NCBI RefSeq assembly: GCF_009914755.1
Contig: NC_060933.1
Direction: 5' to 3' (one strand)
Length of the DNA stretch: 64,000 bases
Source of the DNA: the human T2T-CHM13v2.0 reference genome, Homo sapiens
The notes below the pieces were generated by a model. That model saw nothing but the letters and a program-made list of their open reading frames with translations, did not search any database and was not told where the DNA came from. A program made the translations under genes and the position numbers. Position 1 is the stretch's first letter; each line of letters begins with the position of its first letter. Positions 55,961 through 64,000 of the stretch are shown here, piece after piece.

Positions 55961-57099
55961 CTGCAGTGGCTAAAAGTACAGACTCTGAAGTCAAACAGCC
56001 AGAGTTCAAATCCTGACTACCCATTTATCAAGTGACCTTACATTAACTTCTCTCTTCCTTTGGGGTCTTAACTGAAAATATAGTCAATGTTAATACCCAC
56101 TCATAGGGTGGTTTTGAGGATTAAATGAGACATACTCATGAAGCACACAGAATCAAGCCTGGCATATGGAGAGTCCGTGTTCAGATAGATATTATCATCC
56201 TCATTTTTCCGAAAGGGAAAGTGACAACTCAGAGAAGTGAGTAAGAGATCCCCAGCTAGGATGCGACCATAGGTCTGTATAATTCCTAATGAGTTCAGCA
56301 GCCATTGAGTGAGCTGTTGTCATGCATCAGGCCCTGCTTTGAGCTCTGTGGCTAAAGAGGAAACAAGAGACAATCCCTGTGCTTAAGGAACTCCAAATCC
56401 AGCGAAGGAGGCAGGCATGTGGCCTGGTTTCAGTAATGCCTATTGCAAGCTATGATAGGGAGAAGCTAGGTGCTGTGTGTGCAGAGATGAGGTCTCTGCC
56501 CTAGTCCAGGTCCTGGAGCAGAGGACACCCAAATGAGGTCCTGAAAGACTCCAAAGCTCTTTCCACTTCAGCACACTGCTTATTTCAACAGACAAATGAC
56601 AGACAGCTTTCAGCAATGACTGCAAAACTGCCCCAATACATGAGATCTGCAGTAAGTCTAAACAGGGACACCAGCCTCCAAGTATTGCTGGAAAGGAAAG
56701 AAATCACAGAGTTTCATGGAGACTGAGTCAGAGCTCTTCATTCAAAAGCACTTGACGGGTGGGTGGGTAGCTGTCCCATGCCTGGAGTCAATGCATTCTT
56801 CAGCAGTGTGGTGAGAGAGTTAGCACAGCCAGATCACCAGCACTGGGCTCTTTGCTAAATTTCAAAGACAAATTAAACCTTACTCAGCATGAATAGGCAG
56901 TGATAATGAATAACTAAAGCCAAGTGGCCACAACAGCAGGTCCTTTTCCTTAAAGAACCCGATGGCATAAGAAGGGACAATGATCCTAAAAGAGAAACAA
57001 AAGGGTTTCACAAGCAGAGATATTTTAATAGCCCTATATTTCACTTAACAAGCTGAATGCTGAAGGCACACATTCATATTTCCACTGGTTGTGTTAAAT

Positions 57100-57290
57100 A
57101 CCTGCATCATGGCTATGTCATCCTGCACCTGTACAGAACCCCAATCGTTTGGACCTGTCCTGTATGACAGGCCCAGGCCCCTGCTAAGAAGGTGGCAAGT
57201 GGCAAATCCCATGGCAGTTCTTTGGGAACAACATGCACTGCCACCTCTTTTCATCAATCTCAGATAGGGAAGAAGACCCCATAGGCTGAT
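57100..57290 (-). pseudogene. Possible GREB1-like exon remnant abutting a MER5A
   Basis: GLLPYL...LGL...VQDDIAMMQ|gtattt vs GTLPYF...LGL...VENMILLTIQ. Weak similarity. Confidence 0.35.
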
Positions 57291-57427
57291 GCTGCTCAAA
57301 CTGTGGCCCTTCAAAATGCAAATACTTGGGCTCCACCCCAGATCTACTGCATCAGTCTTAGGGGGTAGGAATCCATGTTTTAACAAGCTCTGCACATGAT
57401 TCTTAGGTTAAAGTTTAAGAGCCACCC
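57288..57427 (+). mobile_element. MER5A-like
   Basis: aaatgcaaat..gggctccaccccagatctactg..ttttaacaagctc..aaagtttaagagccac. Confidence 0.75.
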
Positions 57428-57502
57428 CCAAAGGTCATCCTTCCTTCGCTATCCTTTTCATTAACCTTGCTACTAGTTGCTGTGTGTATACTAGAGAATA
57501 AA

Positions 57503-57689
57503 CCTGACATGATTTTTTCTCTTTAAGAATTTAAATTCTCCCCTGGGGAACAATGAGAGTTGGTGGCCATTATTTGATGAGAAACCCACGAGGGAGTTAC
57601 TCCTGTTTCTAACAGATACACAAGTTGAGTCATACCACATCATAAATGTGAGCAGAGCAAATACACGGCAGGCTCCGGAATGACACTGG
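57503..57689 (-). pseudogene. GREB1-like exon remnant (tentative frame)
   Basis: Strong acceptor tgtttctgtcattttttttcag and donor CAG|gtttat. SVIPEPAVYLLCSHL*CGMTQLVYLLETG resembles [21 protein letters not shown]. Confidence 0.5.
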
Positions 57690-59519
57690 CTGAAAAAAAA
57701 TGACAGAAACAATAAATGAGAACTACAATCCCTGCTCTGCATTTTTATAGGCCCCTTGCTGACCCTGCCCTTGCACTCTGCACTCAGTTGCTTATTTTAC
57801 ATTTCTATTTCTCCTACCAGGAGTCTGAGTCCCTTGAGACAGGGCCAGGTCCCAGCATGGTACCTGGAATTCACTCAATATTTGCCAAATGAGTAAAGAA
57901 AGGGATAAACCCCAGCTAGCCTAGGAGGTTGTCCAATGCCCTCAGTGTCCTAAGAACCCCTTCGACAGTCCACAGCCTACCCCTGGGCTAGGAAAGGACT
58001 CCCCTGCCCTTCAATAACATGCTTGTCAGCAAATATTCTGCCAGCAGGACCCTAAAGGTCTAGAAGAGCCTCTTTTAGGGAAGTCACATCTTTCTAGAAG
58101 CACCTCCCTATATGTTGGAGGACAGCAGGAGGGGCTGAGAAGAACGAACAGGAGAGACAGGAAAGTGCTGTCCCCAACACAACCTGCCTGGAAAACAGGA
58201 GCATTAACCAGCTGACACTAACAATGAGCAGCTGAGATCTCCAGTTGCAACTCCACTCAACTGGAAAGCCTTAAGCAAGCTGATAGTGGCATGTTTTTGC
58301 CTCATTTAGACATTTGATGGACTTAAGCCAGACTGTGTTCTTACTTGGGAAGGAGAAGACTAAAACATGAAAACATAGTCTTCATGCTGAAATTACATTA
58401 TCCAAACCAAGGTCAAAATAGGGATTTCATATTACTTTTCAGCTCTCAAGTAATAAGCACCCCACTAAACACATATATTTACCGTTGGGGCTTTGTTCAT
58501 GTACCTTCTTTTTATAAGAATGTGACATATGAAAGTAGAAGCTTTGGGATATAATGAGAGTAAAGACAGTTCAGGGCTGCAGGAGGACTCTGAGAGAAGA
58601 TAACTTGGAAAGAGCTGACAGGGCCTCCCTGGCTGAGGCCACCAATGTGCAGCTGCTGACAAAGGGGTCTCCCTGCTTTGTGTCTTGTGCTCTGGTAGGA
58701 TTCTCCTCTGGCTTACAGAGTAGACTAGAAACTAATGCCAGCCTTACTCATGGGTTGGGTGTGATGAGAGAACTTGAGTGTTCATTCTTACCCTCAGTGC
58801 ACAGAAGCTTCTAAAATGAAGCATAAGTGAAAGGCTTAGGGTCTCCCTCACCATGTGCAGAAGGAAGGGAGAGAAAAGGCAGGAAGGGTCCATCAGCCCA
58901 ATCCCCCAGTACAGGAAACCCTGAGCTAATCTAACCAGTACAGGAACCCCTGCGCTGAGCCCACAGCAGGGCTGCTCAGGGCAACTCTGAGAATCATGGG
59001 GCCAAGCTGGAGATGCAGAAAGCCCCAGGCAGCTCCTCTAGAAGGGGCCTCCAGCTCTGGGGACTTGGGTCTCTAAGGGGGACCTGCAGGCCTCCTGGGC
59101 CCAGAGCAGGTGCATGAGACCCTCTTGCCTACCCAACACCAGCCTCCACCCGGTTTCTCCTTGTGAAATGGTTATAATAGTTTCCACCTCACAATGCCGC
59201 AGAAAGACTAAAGGTGCTCAGAATAGAGCCCACAGCATATGACAAGCACTGACTTCAGGGATGTTTTTTAAATGACGAACACAGCTCTGGTGCACTGTGA
59301 TGAGAAGGGAGGCCCTTGGCTCACATGACAACACTCGGGGACCTGGCTCATCTACCACCCCTGGAGGTGTCCAGTCCCTGGTCTCTGCTGCATGGATGCT
59401 GGCTACATTGTGCACATTTAGAATGAGGCTTGATTTTGAACAAAGTAGGCCCTCAGGAGGTGTGTGCTACTACTTCCTTTACAAATAAATGGTGCCTGAG
59501 CCTCCTAAAGCCAGAAACG

Positions 59520-59730
59520 TGGGATTGGAGAATGACCAAGCAAAGCAGCTCAGTCATAGTGTTTCCAAACAGATTTCATAACAAGATTATGCCTAAGGTT
59601 TAAGCCTGGCAACTGCAGGCCTGTTCTTCAGATTGTGAAACCAATATTCAAATAGCTGATGAGGTGGATTCCCAATCAAATGACACAAGGTTCCACTGAA
59701 GATGCCGACCATAGATATGTCATGGACACT
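59520..59730 (-). pseudogene. GREB1-like exon remnant; boundaries approximate
   Basis: GIFSGTLCHLIGNPPHQLFEYWFHNLK (FSG..NLK at 59700-59626) vs [28 protein letters not shown]. Stops follow. Confidence 0.7.
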
Positions 59731-60005
59731 TCATTATGTTTCACTCAACAGAAAGGCATGGACCATTTAAGATAACGCTGCTTACAGAGCACAAATTCCA
59801 AGTGCCTGGGACATAGTAGACACTCAATAAATATTTGTTAAACAAATGGATGATAAGAAAGTTACCACTGGACTTTCCAAAGTGAATGAGAAAGAACTAC
59901 AAGATAAAGGCTCAGGGTTTATCTAGCTAGCCCAGTCCTTTCATTCTGCAGGTGTGAAAAGTGACACTCAGAGAGGCAAAGTCATATTCCTAAAGACTTG
60001 GTACT

Positions 60006-60783
<778 letters not shown>

Positions 60784-62419
60784 GCACTCTCTCTGCTACA
60801 TACCCAACAGCTCTGAAGAGGACACCATCTCAGTTGACTTTTAATGGGAAAGCCTAATATTAGACCACTTACAGGATGGTCAGAAGGTCAAATGAATTAC
60901 AGGCTAGGGGATTTGATGATTCATTTTTTGGACTAATCTTTACTGCATGCACATAAAGTGCCACCATAAGCATGTCTCCGTCCCTGCCATTGGTGAGCGC
61001 ACACGTAAGCCACAGACTCAATAGCGAGCATCCTAAATATGGCACTGTAGCAGCTCAGAAAACTCTACAAGCAGCCATGTGGGAGCCCATACTCTGGGAG
61101 AGTCAGGAAAGATTTCACAGAAAATGGAACATTTGGGAGGGTCTTAAGAGACGATAAGGAGTTTCCCAAGCAGAAAAGGTGGATGAGGACATTCTGAGAA
61201 ACCAAAACCCCATATGTGAAAGTCTAGAGTTGCCCTGGCAGGGGCACCCTAAGGGGACATGGGACTCATGGATTGAGAGGAGGCAGGAAAAGCTGTGAAG
61301 CACTGAGTTTGTTACAGGTTATAGTCCTGTGTGCACAGGTAACATGGGCAATGGGGTGATTTGGTCATGATCATTCTGAAGAGGGTGGTCTAGAGGAGAG
61401 AGCCTAAGGGCCAGGATACCAAGCAGCGAGAGGCTCTTGTCACCATCCTGGTGAAGGATGACAAGGGCCTGAACCAGAGAAGTGGCAGAAGGGACAGATG
61501 GATCCCCAAGACATTCCTGAGGTCAAATTAGTAGACTGTGTCAACTCGGTCTCCATAGGATGTAAGGCAGCCCCAGGGAAATGACTCACCTACAAGGGAT
61601 GGTCCCAATGTCTTCTTCTTGCCTTGAGGAAAGAAAATAGTTTCCCTCGACCCCCACCCCCATCCTAAGATCTCACATGCTTCCTAATGAATGTAGATGG
61701 AAACTAAAGAGGATGTCCTGAGGACAAAGATGTAATGGGGCAACATTTCTTTTAAAAGCTTGTGTACACCCAGCTGGGTAAGCTGCCCACAATGGCAGGT
61801 GGTGGTCACCCAAGCCTCTCTACCACTCCAAAAGGGGGCAACCTTGGGCCTGCAGAAAGAAGTAGAATGTCAAAACTCCAGGCAAGGGAGACAGGCCCAT
61901 GAAGGGGTCATGGGGGTTCAGGAGGGCGTAGAGTCCTCACAATTATACCCCAATCTGTCCTGGCCCTGTTTTAGTCCAGGCTGCCAGCATAGGACCCAGT
62001 GGCCTTGATACCCTCCCATCAGCTGCTCACCCAGCTCACCCTAGACCCCTCCCAGAAAGGGCGAGCAACTCCTCCACAGCAGCCCAGTGATCACTAGACA
62101 GCTCTTACCATTCAAAAGCCTTCCTTATACAGAGTCCAATATGCCTCCTTGTTCTACCTCCAAGTGCCACAGGAAAAAGGTTTAATTCCACCCCTGCTCA
62201 ACTCCCATCAGGCATCTGAGAACTCTTCTCCTGGTAGAAGCCCTCCAATACCCCAGCCTCTCCCCACAGTGTGATTTTACATTTACCCACACTCGGTTCA
62301 TGTTCCTCTGAACTCATGCCAAGGCCAGAATCACTTCCTGCTTAATCTCTTGAGATTTTTATGTTGGAAGGAATCTTATTCCAAAGACTTCAAAAACAAA
62401 ATTCCCTCCCTGCGTGTCA

Positions 62420-62746
62420 CTACACCTCTGTGCATTCCAAAGACATCTCTGGTCTTTGGGGATAAAATGCACAAACGTTGTAGAGTAGAAGACAGGGGCA
62501 GCCACGAGGAAGAGGAAAAATGGTGTGTGTTGACAAAGCACAATACACACGGTTGAATGGGGTTGACTCCCTTTTCGTTCACTCTGATTCTTCCAGGTGC
62601 ATATCCAAGAGTGTTGCTGGCATTATTCGGGAAGTTTGAAAAACAGTGAATTAGACCCTGGTGCTGGGGTCACCACAACTAGAGGTTCTGTCCTTTCATA
62701 CAGAGATTTGCTTTGTTTAGCAGGAGGGCACTGAGTGTTCTGGATC
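62420..62746 (-). pseudogene. GREB1-like exon remnant (N-terminal region); 3' boundary approximate
   Basis: Acceptor tttccccccag. LCMKGQNL*L vs FCQAGKDLRL; PGRIRVNEKGVNPIQPCVLCFV vs [23 protein letters not shown]. Two stops. Confidence 0.7.
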
Positions 62747-63139
62747 CTGGGGGGAAACATTCGCAGGTGGTACGTAAGACAATCCAACAAGGAGAGGGTG
62801 AAATTATTAGGATTTTTACTTCTGATTTATTTCATACTTTTAAATTCCTATTTTTTGCATGCACTACATGTATTAGTCCATTATACAATTTATAATAAAT
62901 ATATACATATTAGAGATGCGTGCTCAATGTATTTTTACTGAGATGTTTGTATAATGAAAAAGATTTAAAGAATGCTGCTCCAGATGACACTCAGTTCCCC
63001 CACACGTGCCTTCTACTGGCACTGGGGTGGTCAGGTAAGAGTATGACCACCCCAATGGTCATGGCAAGGTATCAACACTGATGCAGGAGTAGTTATTCTG
63101 CACCAAACCCACTGACTGCTGGCAGATGCATTAAGAAGA

Positions 63140-63640
63140 GAGTGTTACTTAAGCTGTATTAATGGTAGTAGTGTATCTAGAATGAGGGATGGGACAGTGC
63201 CATTCACCCTTACTTGTCCAGACCACACCTAGATGATTGTGTTCCATGCTGGAAGTTATCTTTTAAGAGATGACCCCAAAACTGAGCCTTTTAGAGGACA
63301 GTGACAAAAGACATCAAGGACACTTGAAAGCCTGTCAGTAGAGGAATGCTAGATGGGAGTGGAGGTGTCCAGCCTGGCTGGGAGGTAGCGTACGTAAGAG
63401 CCAGCTTCAGATTTCCCATCTTGGGAAGTGAAAATAGACACCCTTTATGGGATCCAAGAGTTAGAACCAATGGGTAGAATTACAGGTAAGAAAATTCAGG
63501 CACAACCTACAGAAGAACTTTCTGGCAGAGTCACCTCAAGAGAAGAACTGAGTTTCCCATCATTACAGATGTGCAAACGGAGGCAGGGTGAGTACTTGTT
63601 GAAGGGGCAGCAGAGCACACTTCGTCTCCAGATGGGTGTT
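63140..63640 (+). mobile_element. L3/CR1 3' fragment
   Basis: cagaccacacctaga..tgtgttc, agaaccaatgggtagaa, agtttcccatcatt motifs. Confidence 0.6.
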
Positions 63641-64000
63641 TGATCAGGAACACAAGTTCCCAACAAAGTTAATGCACGGACAACTAGTGGTCGTAGGGTG
63701 ATTTTTAGGTGGTAAATGAATATGTTTTATTTTAATAGTTGTATGGAGATCTCACAAATATGCTTGATTCAGATGAGGCTGAAGCTTCTTACATGGGGAA
63801 ATTGAGGTAAAGAAATTCATCAAGTAAAAAGACAATAGAAGGAGAATGCAGATGTGGCAAAATTCAGGAACGACCAAAGACAAGGAAACTATGGGGATGA
63901 AGGCCCCTCCTTGCCTTGAGAGTCCAAGATTCTTGGATCTTCAGTACTCACCCTCCAACCCAACATCACTTTTGACTTGTGCCCTTCTTTCTCCAGGAAA

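Noticed and set aside
62359-62550. ORF ending ..GIRFLPT, resembling GREB1 DKRFLPD
   Set aside because: The adjacent frame gives a longer colinear match; this is likely coincidence or unresolved frameshifting.

Overview
Primate (almost certainly human, because it carries an AluYb8) genomic DNA, rich in Alu, MIR, L2, L3, MaLR/ERVL LTRs and hAT/Tigger fossils. It contains no intact spliced protein-coding gene. The main hidden feature is on the minus strand. About 20 non-repetitive segments from ~62746 down to ~8170 have splice signals and translate, in colinear order, into peptides resembling GREB1/GREB1L along nearly their whole length (e.g. LCMKGQNL, FSG..NLK, GDLGKC, SLDL..RSEILVQ, SFPFT, YRLEI, CLYLTG, RLID, PSIF, AILG, AEFIIAKIL..SLK). 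These segments carry many stops and frameshifts. The best reading is an intron-containing, highly diverged and dead (unitary-type) pseudogene of an additional GREB1-family paralogue, invisible to the ORF track. Its introns hold an RPL36 processed copy with an intact ORF, a tailless 5S rRNA retropseudogene, full-length THE1B and MSTA elements and a young AluYb8. All family assignments come from manual comparison with sequences recalled from memory; no database search was run.
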